A stretch of DNA of 64,000 bases from NCBI RefSeq assembly GCF_033153115.1, contig NW_026889833.1, positions 1,178,001 to 1,242,000 on the forward strand, written 5' to 3'. This DNA comes from Saccostrea echinata (lineage: Eukaryota). The notes beneath the pieces are model-generated. The model ran no database searches. It saw nothing but the letters and a program-made list of their open reading frames with translations, and was not told where the DNA came from. Shown piece by piece: positions 26,201-41,200 of the stretch. Both the position numbers and the translations under genes were made by a program. Within the stretch, counting starts at the first letter, position 1. Each line of letters starts with the position of its first letter.

Positions 26201-29200
26201 TGAATTCATTTCTCCCAGTAATTCATTACATAATTAAAAGTTTTGATTAATCACATACATCTGCATATTCTACCAGTTATGACAAAGTTTTTCATCCTCA
26301 TGTTCATTTTTTTCAAATTTGAAATTATGCATTCTATATATTCTTCAGTGTGAGAATAATGAACAAGAAAATGAATCCACTGACAGTAAAATTAACTGAA
26401 ATATTAAAGTGCTTTGATGCCATCAACTGTGAAAATTTTAATGATATGAATAACAATTTTAGCCCAAAAGCAGTTGATTGCTAAGGTTTCCATACTTGAA
26501 AAAACTCCATTTATTAATCAAAATATAATCTTTATAAAAGAAAAAAAAGAACACTCAATACCTTTTCAACAAAACACTAATCAATTTTTCTGATTTTGAT
26601 GCATCCTTCATATTATTTTGTTCAAATAAAAGTTAACTGGTGACTAAAAATAGTCAGGGACTAATAATAAATGCAAACTGGCTTAAGATAAAATTCACAA
26701 CAACCGTTGGGTACACAGAAAATTCTAAACATGTAAATTAACATGCCACCAAGAGGAAATGGATTATCAGAAAAAAATTCAAATACACAATTAATCTGTC
26801 CACAATAATGCCATGTACCATTTAGTGTTAACTTAATGGGGAAATGGATCAAAGGGAAATTTACTGCCTCAGCAAAACAATATGGAATCCAAATTGCAAT
26901 TATACAGTCAAAAAAGGAAAGCACTTACCAAATGGTTAGCAACTTTACATACAAGTGGCAATACTGGTACATGTAAAAATCTGACACTATTACGCTGTAT
27001 TTGTGCTGGTTAAATATTCAAACCCAATATTTTTCTTTTGCTTTATAGTTGACAGTCTTGAGAGATTTTGCAATGAAGTCATTATAGAGAGGGGCCAAAA
27101 AAGCCACGACATATTTTCTGAAGAAACAAATAATGCTACAATTATATAATTGTCTGTTTAAACTCAGTTAATTGACCAAACATGTTCAATGTATGCATAT
27201 AGCATGGTATATTTATCTGAACAGAGCATGCCTTGTATACCAGCCAGAGTCTATGGAAAATATACAACTTGCAAGAATTAATTGTCTTCTTTTTTATTCC
27301 CTTTCTGGCAGAAGTCATACAAATATATGTGTCAAAAATTGTCAAATACTATGGCATATATGCTTTAGACTTTGTAAAACTTCAATTTGTCTTTGACATT
27401 CAAGGCTATAGGGTTCTGATTTTAATTGAATTTCTTTACACCCTGTAATTATTAAGGTTAACCTTTGTTGAATTTAGCCATTTTCTAAAACTACTGCAAT
27501 AAAAATCAATGTTTATCAATATGAAAAAATTAAAGGCTTCATGTTAACAAATATAATATATCAAGGGAGCTGACTCCCAAGGACCAGATTTCAAGAACAA
27601 TGATCAAGACAGTTAATGATAAATCTGTTATAACATCTTATTTTTTCCCTAGACCCTATAGGTCTACAGCAAATATGGTATGTACTGTTTATTGAAATGA
27701 ATGAATTAATAAAGGGTGCATTGAGGAATATTTGAGAATTTAAGAAAATTAGATGTATTCAGTTATGCTTTTAAATCATCTTCATTATGTTTTATAAAAA
27801 ATCATTGGTGACGATGTAAAACTGACAATTAAATACTGTAACATTATTTCAAACTCTCAATTTCAGGGCTTCGCTAGCATTGTTCTTTAATTAAACAGTG
27901 CAGTGGGTTCAATATTACCTGGACAAATACATTTCTGTCCATAGTTACTAGCACACCCAATTTCAGGCTACTGCATAAACATGGAATTATATTGTGTTTG
28001 TTTTGTCCATCATATTGCCCTTAAAGTAAACTTGTACAAGTTTAAAATGTGCTCGACAGCTCCGAAAAGCAAATAATGCTTGTTATATATTGTCTTTCAC
28101 GCATTCTTCAAGTTAATAGTGTCGTGAAAGTGATACCTGCACTAAAAAGAAATGTCGATATCGGTGTAAATGTTTGATTTCACAAATCTGACACTTTCCA
28201 TGTTTGGAAAGGATATTAGATTCCTAATTCAGATCATGATGGTAATGATAACCCGGGCCCTGCTCTTCAGTGCTTTTATGGAATTTACATAAAAAATATT
28301 TATTCAAACAATTTTTAAAGTGCTGTGTATACAAGTAGGGATGTATAAGTGAAATAAAAAGTTTTTTTTTTAACATATTGATTATAATTTCATTTACATT
28401 GGTGCCTAAAAAACTTGAAGAATATCCCTTTTGCAGATTGAATTAAACATATGTCATTCAAAATTTGCATGGAGACAAATATTTTAAAATTCATAAAAAA
28501 TGTACCTAAGAGCTTTTTGGCTTCAATTGTATCTTTTTGTTTTTGGACAACAATTAGTGAATGTAAACTCCTTTTAGATATACTCAGAAATACTTTTTTA
28601 CAACATTTATATAAAAATATGACATTTTTTAGGGTACAATGTGAAATTGTTATCCTACAAAAACCATTGTTGACAGAGGCAAAGCAGTGTTTTTTATTTC
28701 CTTAAATAGACAAAAGGAATTTAAATCAAAAACAGAATATCATTTAATTAATTTTTGAAAAGAAATGAGATACATTCTTCAAAATGATAACATTATAAAC
28801 ACTTGAACTTTAATAGAAAAGACAAAGTAAACTTACTGTTAAAAGATAAAAGAAATATTCCTCAACACAGAATGAAAGATTCTCACACTTTGAGAGCCAA
28901 TGAATATTTAAGTCATTTTAAAAGGCGTGTAAACATGCACCATTTAAATGTCATTCTGCAATACTGATCACACATAGGACTTTCTTATCCAATGAATAAA
29001 ATAAAAAAAAGGGAAAAAAAATCAATGTTCAATTATTCAGATCAATTGGTTAGAAGTACACTTATATCCCATTGATCTTCCTCTTCTCATAGTAACGATA
29101 CAGAAAAAGGCTCGTAAAGAGAAGCAACAACAAACTTTGTAATTCCTTCTTAACTCCCACTACTAAACACAGAGATATACAAAGAGTACAGGGGATCGTG

Positions 29201-32200
29201 TATAGCTCACACCCTTTAATTTAAAACAAAGGCAACAAAACTCCACTGAAAAAAGCTTTTATGGGTATCTTGGATGTTTAAAACGGACGAAAATATGTGT
29301 AGTTTAAAATTATTGACCATAATAATGTGGAATGAATAAGTTTTGGTGCCGCATGTAAAGAATTAATTGATCTGAGAATGCTTGTCCAAGACTCATGATG
29401 ATATAGCAACCACGGGATACAATGGAATTTCATTGATTTTGTATAAATGTTTATTTATGGTGGAAATGTCAAACATTTAAAATCTAATAAAACATATTTA
29501 GTTACAAAAAATAAATAAATAAATAAAAAGGTTGGAAAATATTATGAGATGGGCATAAACAATAATATATAAGAGACACAAATAAACAAAAACAAACAAG
29601 CAAACTTTGAAAAAAAAGTGTCACTTGATTTAATAACATGTTAATTAAAAGTGGACCAATATTATTCAAGTTCCATTTGACTTTATAATTTTGAAACACT
29701 TTTCTACATGGTCTGAAAAAACTCTATCTTATCTTGCCATGGTTTAACTTCTTCAATACCATCTCTTTTAATTAGTGTTCTATAGTTCTAAATGTTACGT
29801 ACTCAATATTTAAATTCAAACAGTAGGGATATAGTGTATTACTAAGCATGCGTCTCCAATAATTTTTACAAATGACGGACGACCATACAAAAAGCCTCCT
29901 GATGTACAAGATAAGATTGATGATCTGATAAACTGCATAAGCATTTTATAGTCAACTTGAATCTCTAGATGATCTACCATTTACTCAAGAGTCTAGCAGA
30001 CCATGATTTTTAAAGGGCATATTTTTCGCACTGCGATGAGAGGACCCTCGTGCTAGCCATTGTTCTTAACTTGGGTACACATCTTCTATCAGATCCTAAA
30101 CCATGGTTAAATTACCGATTGTATGGGACGTTATGATCTTCTAATTTTTATCTGACCCTAGTGGCTCTGTTAAACCAACCCTTTCAATATGTAGCTTTTA
30201 GGAATATTGGAATAAACTGCAACAATTCTGATGTCATCATACCTAAATCTTGTATACCCGCAAGGCCGCAGAGCTATTTTAAAATTCCAAAATAAAATTC
30301 TTGTCCTAATAGCCTTCAATATGTGAATATAATTATGAGCTGCTAGGCTTAAGCGTGCATAAATGTCTCTTTTCTTATTGATATATGGGATGGAGTGATG
30401 GAAAAATGGCCCATACTTTATCACATTTAAAATCATCCTTTAACCAGACATTATGCAACTTTTGCTTCAAACAGTTTTGAAGCTGTTTTCAGTTATGTCA
30501 AATCAATAAACAGGCTTTTAAAATGTATTATCTCTTCATTCTATGGACTGTGTAGATTTCAAATAATTTCAATATTTATGTCATTTAAAGATGATTTATG
30601 ACCTATTGACAATTACAAAACAAGCTTGAATAAATTTCAGTTTAGAATAAGACCTAGTTGTGATGTAAATACATGTATCATTAAAGACAGATTCTTCGTT
30701 AAGAACCAATTTAAGTTAGGTTTCCTCATTTTTAACATTTCAATCAGCTTCTTATAACACTACTATGACCTCCATTAACACCCAAAATATTCTTTATCAA
30801 ATATCCAGCCTAATACAGTCTGAAACCTATACCTGTTCATCAAGAATGATGAATTCTTTTTTTTTTTAGCTATTTGTTTATTAAGAAAACCAAACCTCCA
30901 AGTTTAAAACAGATTTTGGAGCAATGTGTTGAAACACTTACTATAGTACATTTCCATACTTTCCCAAATTGGAAGTCGATTAAAACATTGTATGTGTAAA
31001 TACAATCTAAATGAATGATTTTAAACTTGCACTGTAAGTTCTTGTATTTCAAAATTTGCAATCAGGTCAATAGTACAGGTGTACTAGTTACACCTACCTT
31101 TTTTCCAGACCACAAGTGCTGAGTGTCCAGTCACCTGCTCTAGCCACACATCGTCCGGACCCCTGACGAGGCCTGTGTAGTGAACGGTCAGTTTGGGGCC
31201 TGGACGACAACCTGCATATTTCTCTCCAAGCAACATATCTGTAAGTAATGACAAGAGAAAGTGAGATTTTATTAAAGTTCTTGTAAAAAATGAGTATTTT
31301 TTTTTAAAAAAATCCCCTAAAAATGCAGTGGAATAAATTTAATGAATAAAAATGCCAATTAAAAATAGTGGGGGATATTTCATTATAAATGAACTATTTG
31401 AAAAATCAGTAGTAAGCACAGTATTATACAAGCAAAATTTCAGAGAAAATCATATGGAGAGGCTTTGTAAGGTTGAGGGTTGAATGAAGCATGTGCATGA
31501 TTGTAAAGATCACCTTAATACAAATATGCTTGGATCACATATTGAAAATCTTAATGGTACACAGTGATAAAATGCCTCTATAAATAAAATTGGATTTATT
31601 TTTGTCTGTAAATAATGAACAATACATTTGGAGTTCAGTGATGTGTAAAAACTGCCCATTGTTTTAAATCGGTGACAAAGCACTATGTAGCCTGTATGTC
31701 TATGTGTGAAGTATACAGTGTCAATCAGTGAAACATACATTGACGTAAATAAAACAAACAATGCACATAACTGATCTTTATCTATGATAGTGTTAATCAA
31801 AAAACAACTTTTTTTCTTTCAAAAATAATTCTTCAAACTATAAAGCTTGATATAGTATACAAATATTTAAGCGCCAACACTTTAAGCACTGAACATGCTT
31901 TAAAAGATTCAAAATTTACAAGGTTTTTCTACAGTCATAATGGTAACTGTTTAATCAATTTTCTTTCTTGGGCAGAAAATGTTCATTTAATACAATTCCT
32001 GTGGTGCTACAATATATCCATGATTGAAGTTTTTTTTAAACATGCATTTCCTTTATACATACATATGCCAGCCATAAGCTAAAGCTATTTGCTAAGTCCA
32101 TGAAAATCTAACAAATCAGCATCAAGATGAGTTAACAACAGCATCTAATTAGGCAGCAGTTACTTGGAATAGAAATGCAGACAGATGCTCTGGCATAGAT

Positions 32201-35200
32201 TACAGTTCAAACATAAGAATGTCATTCCTAGCTTCAATCTGGTTAGTTACCCTCAAGCTCAATCTGTTATGTACATGTAGCTCTAAGCTTACAATGAGTT
32301 AAGCATTAGTTAGGATCTATGAGTTAAGCATTAGTTAGAATCTAGTTAATTACCTTCTAGCTTCAATCTACTATGTAGCTTTAAGCACAAAATGAGCTTT
32401 AAGCATACAAAGTTAAGGTCTACTTTGTTACTAGCTTCAATCTACTACTTTATATAGCTTTAAGCATAATACAATGAGTTAGGAGTTAGTTAGAATCTAG
32501 TTAGTTACCCTCTAGCTTTATTCTGCTATGTAGCTTTAAGAATACAAGGAATTAAGAGTTAGTAAGGATCTAGTTAGTTACCCTCTAGCTTCACTTTAAG
32601 CATACAATGAGTTTATAGTTAGTTAGGATCTAGTTAGTTACCCTCCAGTTTGTTAGTAGACTCGGTTTTAGTCCAGCCCTTGGTTTTCACTCCCTCTGTC
32701 AGAGTGAACACTTTCTGATCACTACCAGTGAGTTGTGCTAGTGCAAAATCAACATCATAAACTAATGGTGTAAGATGTGTAACTTTACTGAAGGCATAAT
32801 AGTACACACACTGCTGTTGAGATGATCACAACATCCCTTCCATAACAATACTTCATATACAGACATTTAGCCAAAGTAAGAAAGAAAGCCAAATTGAAGA
32901 GTACAACAGTATTTTTTGTGCGCTTCTGAAAACTTAAAATTTACAAATTCACCAACATTAGATCAAATGGACTTGTCATCTGTTATGCCTTCCTGTTACT
33001 TTCAAAGTGAGTGAAGATTAATTGAAACACAATCAATGTCATGAGTTGTGCAAATAATTGTTCAAACCATTCTAAAGCAATCAACAAAAAAAAAATTACT
33101 GCAACAAAGAGAGCTACTGTCCACATACTTTCAAAGGTTTAATTTTGAAATGAAAAATTGAAAGAAGAAATGAGTTACAAACTTATCTACCTTGTTGTCG
33201 TGGTGATGATTCATCTCTCTCGAGTTCCATAAGAGCTCGCTCGAGTTTCCCTACTGGATGATTTGTCAAGGCCACCAGCTGAAGGACAACCTTGTCACCG
33301 AGGGAAATCCCAGTAATATCTACAGCGTTAACGTCAGGTCCCATGACGTGTCCATACAGTTTACCATTCTTCAGCAGACGGTAACCCTGTGATTTTATGG
33401 AAATAAATAAGTCTCCATGAAAGTATATTTCAAACTCTTTTATGAGATTGTCCTACTCACTATCTTTTTCTGACAATACCATTAATTTGACATTCTACTT
33501 TTTTCTCCCAAACCATTCATGTTTTAATTAAAGATAAACAGAACTTAATAATATTTAGTAATTTAAGGGAAGTAACTCACAAAGTATATAGCTATAATTG
33601 TGATATTCATACAGTATTTGTTTCTAATAAAATAAAGAGAAAAAATTTTAAGTTATTAAATGTAGACATTTAAGAGACACTTTTTCTTCAAAGAAATTTT
33701 TTTCTTATGCAACTCACAGAAATTTCTGCCTCCCCGTACTGCTGAGGTGCTAGCCATGTGACCCTGATTCCCTGGGGGGTCATGCTCTCTAGCCTGAGCT
33801 CTGGAGATTTAGGAGCCGCTGGAGCTTGGACAGGGATAGTGTTAGAGAAAGCACTCTCACTGATACAGAAAATGTGGTTCTGGTCGGGATCGACATGTTT
33901 TTGACCAGCCATACTCTGTGAAAATCATAAAAATAAAAATTTTAAAAATTGTCATACATGCACATGTGCTCAATAGTCTTATTCCTTAATGATTTTCCCT
34001 AACACTTTATAGGCTCAATGAAATCGTATAATCAAACTGTCCAACACATTGCTTAGCTCTAAATCCCTGTTACCAAAGAAACATCCTGGTTCATCACTGA
34101 AGTAATTCTTTTGTAAATACTATAACATAGATATAAAATGACTATTTATTAATTTCTTTGAATGATTCCCTAGCATGTTGAAAAACTGCTTTGTACACTT
34201 TGCACAGTATCACATAAAAAAAAATTAAAGACTGTAAATCTGTACATAATTTGACAACACAATTATATACACCTACCTTGACCTTGACATCATAACTTTC
34301 CTCGGGGTTAAGGCCAGTGATCACATACTGGTAACCTTGGCGATCCATTTTGGGGGAGGCATCTATCTTCCCAAAGTATTTATCATTGACATATATCCTA
34401 CAAAATAAATACAGATACTTAAAACTCCACAACTGACTCGCTAACTTTACAGAAAATAAACCTTGTTCCTATTCTATGAAATTTCAAATGATGTCACATA
34501 TCATAACACTCAAACCTACAGTATGCAAGTGTAACTATTGGTATAAAGTCTTAGTTATTAAGTTAACACAATTTAAAAATAAATCTGTAAAAAGATTTTA
34601 ATGTTTTAACAAATTCCATGTCTTCTCTGAAATGAAATACATGTACATTAAGAGTGAAGATGAGAAACAACCGAGTATACTCAAAGAAATTTTGGGGTAC
34701 CTGTAGCTGGTGATTCCCTCCTGAGCCACGGCTCTCCTGACCCCTCCTGGCTTGTCCCAGGCCACCAAAACACTGCCGTGTTTGTGGAGGGGCTGCTGGC
34801 TGATATGAGGGGGAGGGGGCCTCTTAGGACAGGTGATGTGTATCTGTCGGGAGGGTTCACTTTCTATACCACTCTGTCTCAGGACCGCTACCACCGATAC
34901 ACCGATTGTCTTTCCTACATGAGAAAATGAGAAATTGAAAGTACAATATACATGTACAATTTTTGTATGGAATTTGTCAAAGGTAAACTATGTAGTGAAC
35001 ACTTGGTTGAAAAGGGAATAGAAGACTCTTTATACAGATATCTACTGTGAAAATTTCATTGGACTTAATTACTCAAATTAATAAATATTCAATTTGCTTA
35101 GAAAATAATAGACTCCTGGAAAAAAAGCATGAAAAATGCTACAAGTACTTGAAAAGAAAAACTAGGATAGATACTTCAAAAACCAGATCAAAATGACAGT

Positions 35201-38200
35201 TTTAACCATAAGTAATATACAAGATTGCTTTTTAAGGGAGATAACTCTTACCTGGCACCAGGTCATTAATCACCAATTGTCGTGTGTCTTTTCTCTGAAG
35301 CCCTTGTAGAACCTTGTTATCTACATAGATTTTATAACCCAGTAACTCCAGCCCACTCTGTAGTCTGGGAGGATCCCACTGAACTGTGGTCTATACAGAA
35401 AAATAGTTTCACTTTATAATAACCCAGTAGTTATTGCCAAATTTATAGCATCATTTGATTTTCTTAATTTCTTATTCCTGCACAATGATAAACTCTCCAT
35501 GAATTCTAATTGAGTTTTTTCTCATAATAAAACAAACTGTATCATTATATGAATTTAATTCTGCATGATGGATAAATAAAAAAAAATATTTTATTTTAAT
35601 TTACAAATCTTCACATGATTTTCTCAACTAAATATCTACACAATCATTGAGTGTAACCTGTACCTGATATAATCCAACATTAAGGACCCTGACAAATGGA
35701 GGGAGAGGGGGTCCTATTGTGGTGTAGTAAATCACAGGAGATGTAGCCTGGACCTCTATAGGCTTCTGTTCCTCCTCCTCGTCACGGAAACCATAATTTG
35801 CCACCACAAACACCCTGAATAAATATGTCAATATATACGTCTTTCATGTTTCAATACTGAAAAATATATGTACTTAAAAATAAAACTGCAGATAACATAC
35901 ATGTAGATAGTTGTCTTGAAGTAACATATGTACTGTATATATATAGCCCAATCTTTAGCACCCACCTGTACGTGTTGTCAGGGTACAGACCCCTGATGTT
36001 GATTTTACGTTTGTTTCCATCCAGAGTCCAGCAATGCTGGGTACCTCTAACACTGTGACCTTTGTTATCCACAAGGTTACACTCAAAACTAAAAGTGAAA
36101 ATATCAAATATACTTAAAATCCTTATATACATGTATATAATTTTTGTAAAAGTTCACAACTCTTCCTGAAATTTAGTGTTAGTGTGTTCGGTACCTGATA
36201 TGACTGTTGACATCCTTGGCACTGAAGTCTCTGCCCACTATGTTGACGATATACTGCTGGACTTCATACTCCGAGTCAATGCGATTGTCAATGTACCACT
36301 CCACAATCAGCCCCGATTTGCCCATACTGGATACTTTGATAGTTGGAGCAGGCACACCCACTTGTGCATCATTGGCAGGGTTATATACAGGCTGAAAATA
36401 AGAAAATGTGTGTAAAAATTTAAACATTACACACCAATTGTAAATAACAATACTTTGTAGCTAAAATTAGCATAATTTTATTGAAAAATACTTTAATCAA
36501 TGAAATCTTAAATTTTCCTCATTTACCTCCCCTTCCTCTACTTGGCGGCGTCTACTTCCTCTTTCTTTGGACACAACGACACTCTTCATCATGTGGTCTT
36601 CATTCAAATCAATTGAGGCAGTCTCCTCTACTTCAATGAGTGCCCTTCGAGCTAACCTAGGAGGACTCATGTCTGAGCGAGCACTGTGGGTATCTCTATA
36701 CCGCCTAGCAGAAGGGGGTCTCGGAGTAATATCTGACTGTGTCCCAGTGTCAGTTTTGTCATCTCTAGCAATGTAGCTGCTCCTGGGTCTGCTCTGTTGC
36801 ACGACCTCTCTGGTGACCTTTGGAGCATACTTTGCATCCTTCATGCTGACCACCATAACACTTCCTTCATTAGATAATCTAGTTCCTTCTGAGGCAGTCT
36901 CACTTTCGGTTTCACTTTCAGTTTCTGATGAGCCAGTCTCAGACTCAGTCTCACTTTCTGAGTCAGAAATTTGTGCTCGCCGAGATTGGGCTCGCTCCTC
37001 TGAGAAGTCACCTGAGCCATAGCTATCTCTGAGATTTTTCACTCGAGATTTGCCCCTTGGTGTCTGTGTTCCCTTCTCATAGTTGTCATCTGTCATCATA
37101 CTCTGATCTGCAAAAGAATTCAAAACATATATATTCTACTGAAGAAAGAACAACTTTTCATGTAAACAAGGATTTAAAAAAAACAAACAAAAAAACCCCA
37201 TTAATTCAAGACTTCTTAAGACCTTATGAAGTCAATATTTCTTAAGACTATTGCAGAATTGAAAAACATGTAAGAAACAAAGTTTTATACAAAATCAAAT
37301 TGTGAAGACAAAATGCAAAACTTGTACAAGTGTTCCTTTAAATAAAATAAGCATCAAGAACATTTAGAGGATGTGACAAGTGCATTTTATAGGGAAGGGT
37401 TATCTATAGTATGGAGGGACAATTGATGAAGGAAAACAAAGCAGGAATATGTATAATAAACAAAAATCAATGTACCTTTGGCTTATATTAGATAATACCT
37501 AAATGTATACGATAGGAATGTATAGTATTTATATAAGAATGTACAATCAGTTATTCAGTTGGGTACATTTGGCAAAATCATTGGGAAAGGTACAAAAATC
37601 AAAGAAGTATTTGTAGCGTCAATGAATGCTTTGTACTCTTGTCAAAGTTAAGTTTTCAAATAAAGCCCCTGGTTAACGTAAAGAAGTTCAAATATATTTC
37701 AATCAAGCCCAATTAAAACTCACTGTCCTGGCACAAGATGTGACATTTTAGTTTGGAGATGAAGACTTTAAGCCAGTGTCCTTTTGAAGTAAATGTTTTA
37801 GCAAAATGATGTAATCTTTAAATGTCTTTACACAATGAATAAAACACCAACATGAAATCTGACACTAGAAAAGGTAAAATGTTAGTAAACTGGTTCTGTG
37901 ACAGTCACATCTGAAACTGGTTCCCTAACTTACCATCAGAGGATTCTGAAATCAAATTCAAAATCTGTAAACATTTTGTCAGGTGGTATTTAGTGATTGT
38001 ATGAAGGATATAAATAATGCAATTAAAAAAACTTAATATGTAAATCTATCTGGTATTGTCAGAATTTAGAAAGAGAATACAGTAAATTCAACTAGCATTA
38101 GATATGCTATACACAATATGAACCTGGATTAAAATAAACAAATATATTTACACAAGCACCTAGCATCAAATCAAGCTGTCAAAGAATAAGAAGCAATACC

Positions 38201-41200
38201 AAAAGAAATAGGTCTATAAATGTCAAATAATCATTCCAAACAAAAAATAAATTTGGTTCAAATACATTCTGAAATCATAAAAATCAATGAAGTAATCCAT
38301 TCCATTTAAAGTGATCATGTAACAATGTTAGAGGTCATGCAGTTAAATCTCTGCAAAAGGAGTGCCTCATTCTGCACTACAGTGATTCATTCTTATCAGT
38401 GAATTTGTCATCCATGCAGATATCTTCCTCTACCTTCATGGTCCATCTGAATGGCATCCTGGAGCAGCTGTCCATGAAACATCTTCCCATAAGTGGCCAG
38501 GGTTTTGAGAGCTGGGGGGAGCTCTGGGGGATACTCTACATCCTGGTCCAGCATGTTATACAGGGCTGAATGTCTCTTTGGTCTCTTCCTCTTCTTTCTC
38601 CTGGACTTCCTTTGTGACTCATTGTACTCCTTTAGAGTTAATGGTGGGGGCTTAGATCCTGGTCCACCATAAATCCCAAAGTCTGTGTCAAAACCTCTTG
38701 ATTTTATTTTCTGCTTCTGTTTATCTTCTGGGCTTCTTTTCCTGTGACTTCTTACATTCTCTTTCTTATAACTTGGCAAATGTCTTTTTTGTCTTGGTGG
38801 TAGACCTCTAGGTCCACCTCTTCTATGGTATATTGGCTGTTCTCTGTATCTTCTGCTCTCCTGTGCATAATATGGGGGACTCTCATACTCATCAGAAGAG
38901 ACAATGAAATCCTCATATTCTTCATCATAGTCTGATTCACTCTCATAGAAGCCATGGTCTCTGGAGTGTCTCTCATCATGAGAATTTCTTTCAAATCCAC
39001 TGTCATAGTCTCTTGCACTTCTCTGTGGTCCAGACCTTTCTCTGCCTTGATACTCAAACCAGTCATCATGGGGACCCATATCTAGCCTCCTCTCTTGAGA
39101 ACGGGAATGTGACCTTGACTTACTTTCTCTTCTATAAGGAGAGTGTCTTTCCTCTGGTCCATAAAACTCGAATCTTGGACTCCTTCTACTTCTGTCAGGA
39201 CTGGCATGATCAAATGATCTTCCATGATAGGTAGACCCCTCTTGTCTACCTACATCCAAGTTATGCCCAAACCTTGAACTTCTAGAACTTCTTGGAGGTT
39301 CATGAGAATAATATTCATGTCTTGGTGATCTGTGCTGCCCACCAGTATGTTCAGGATAGAGATCTGGGTCAAGCTGTTGTCGCATAAAGTTGAGGTGTCT
39401 CTCTCGCAAATGATCAGTTTGATGTTGATTAAAAACAAATTCTGAAGTTGCCCTGTCCTCTTCCTGGGGTGCGATGGATGGGGTAGGTGCCTGAAGCTGA
39501 TACATCACCCCTGCATCTTTCTCCTTATCAAATGGCTTGGTTATGTGGATCCATGTTCTGAACCGTGGCCAGTCAAATCTGAACCTTTTCTTCACCCTCC
39601 CTGGAGCTATGGCTGTCATGACAATATTCTGTTGAGTAATGAAGTTTTTCACAGCTTTTGCCACCATCTTGAAGGTTATTGGGTACTTATGTTTCTGCAG
39701 TTGAAGATTCACAGGCTGAGGTTGACTAAGTTTTGCTACAGTTCCAGCTGATCTCAATGAAACGTGGTGATGTCTTTGAGGTTCCTCCACATTAAGTTGT
39801 GGTGGAGCTTGCAAGACAGGCATGTGATGCGATTGGGAATATGATGGCATATCATGTTGGTCTATTCCTTGTCTATTAGATCTAAGAGATAATCTTCTTT
39901 GAATCATAGGGTTCATCTCTAAATACTGATCAGCTACACTGGGAGAATTAACCTGCTGTTGGAAAAAGCTCTTCTGGGATGACCGTCTGCTTAGATCTCT
40001 AGAGAGTGGGTCTCCACCAAAATATTCACTGTTGGCTTGACTATTTGCTCGGGAATTCAAACATTCATTTACAAGTTCAATACTTCTTTGTCGTTGGCGA
40101 TCAGAGATTCTGTCGGCCAGTGATGGAACAAGAGATTGGGGTCTTGATTGTTCAAGAGCCGGTGTGGCATATCCATGTGAAAGCATGCCATCCGGAAGCG
40201 GCATGGATAACTTCTGATGTGGATCAGAAGCAGACACTGGATGAGATGCATTGTGGGATGCATTAGAGGAAGTTAAGTCCGGAGTCTTTGATTGTAAAGT
40301 TGTTTTCTTTTTCAGTGGTTTCACTCCTATTAGTTTTTAAATGTTCCATGAATGAAAGGTGCATGAATGAAGATCAAGAAAGATTGAAAATATAAAGGAG
40401 TCAGCATTATCTCTATCAATTTTTGAAAAAATAATGGTATTTCTGATGTATAATGATAGATGCTAGTGTTTCAGAAAGGAAGAAGTTTGATATTTGACTG
40501 GTAATTTTGACCATTATTTACCTCTGTATCTGGGATCTTCCACTTCTACCACAGCCGGTGCTCCCGGTCTTCTGTCTGAAACAGAAAACAGAGTAAAACA
40601 TAAAATATCAATAAAAGCTGTTAAGTGTGCAAGAAACTTCAATATATATCATGTTAATGCAAATCAGCTATGGCTTTGTTAGGTAACTATAATCAAAATT
40701 ATCCATTTGTTATGAATATATGAGAAATTCCTAGCAAATGTAACAAAAACCTCTACCAAATGACTACACAAAATCAGCATTGTGCATCCACATTACGTTA
40801 ACGTGTTTATGATAAGTTCACAATCTACATACAAGGCATTCTATTCTGATTTGATGAGGCCATTCTCTCTGTAGAGTGGACTTGTTAATGTGTAATACCT
40901 ATACATATAGTCAAATTATTGATAAAAACCCTGGATTGGAGTGAATTCACAATGGAAATGGCATACATGATTAAGGATCAATTGGACAACTCTGACAAGT
41001 TGATCAATTTAAGAATCAAATCAAATTCCCCAATTATATATCTGGAATCTTTTCTCATGAGAGTAATTTTAGGATTCAACAAATTCCAGTAAATGTAGCT
41101 GATTTTTAGCTTTTTGATCCATAATCACAGGGAATTCCAATGGAAGTGACAAAAAATTACACAATGTACAATTTATAGAAATATGTTCTATATGGTTTTC

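Noticed and set aside
25340-31090. Nested gene in the 5.8-kb intron
   Set aside because: Only short AT-rich ORFs and repeat remnants; no coherent exon chain found on either strand.
32225-32645. CRISPR-like array
   Set aside because: Eukaryotic intron; the units are degenerate tandem copies without unique spacers.
38408-40324. 638-aa ORF as an independent intronless nested gene
   Set aside because: It starts at GTG right after a phase-compatible splice acceptor and has a phase-compatible donor near its end; better explained as an exon of the giant gene.
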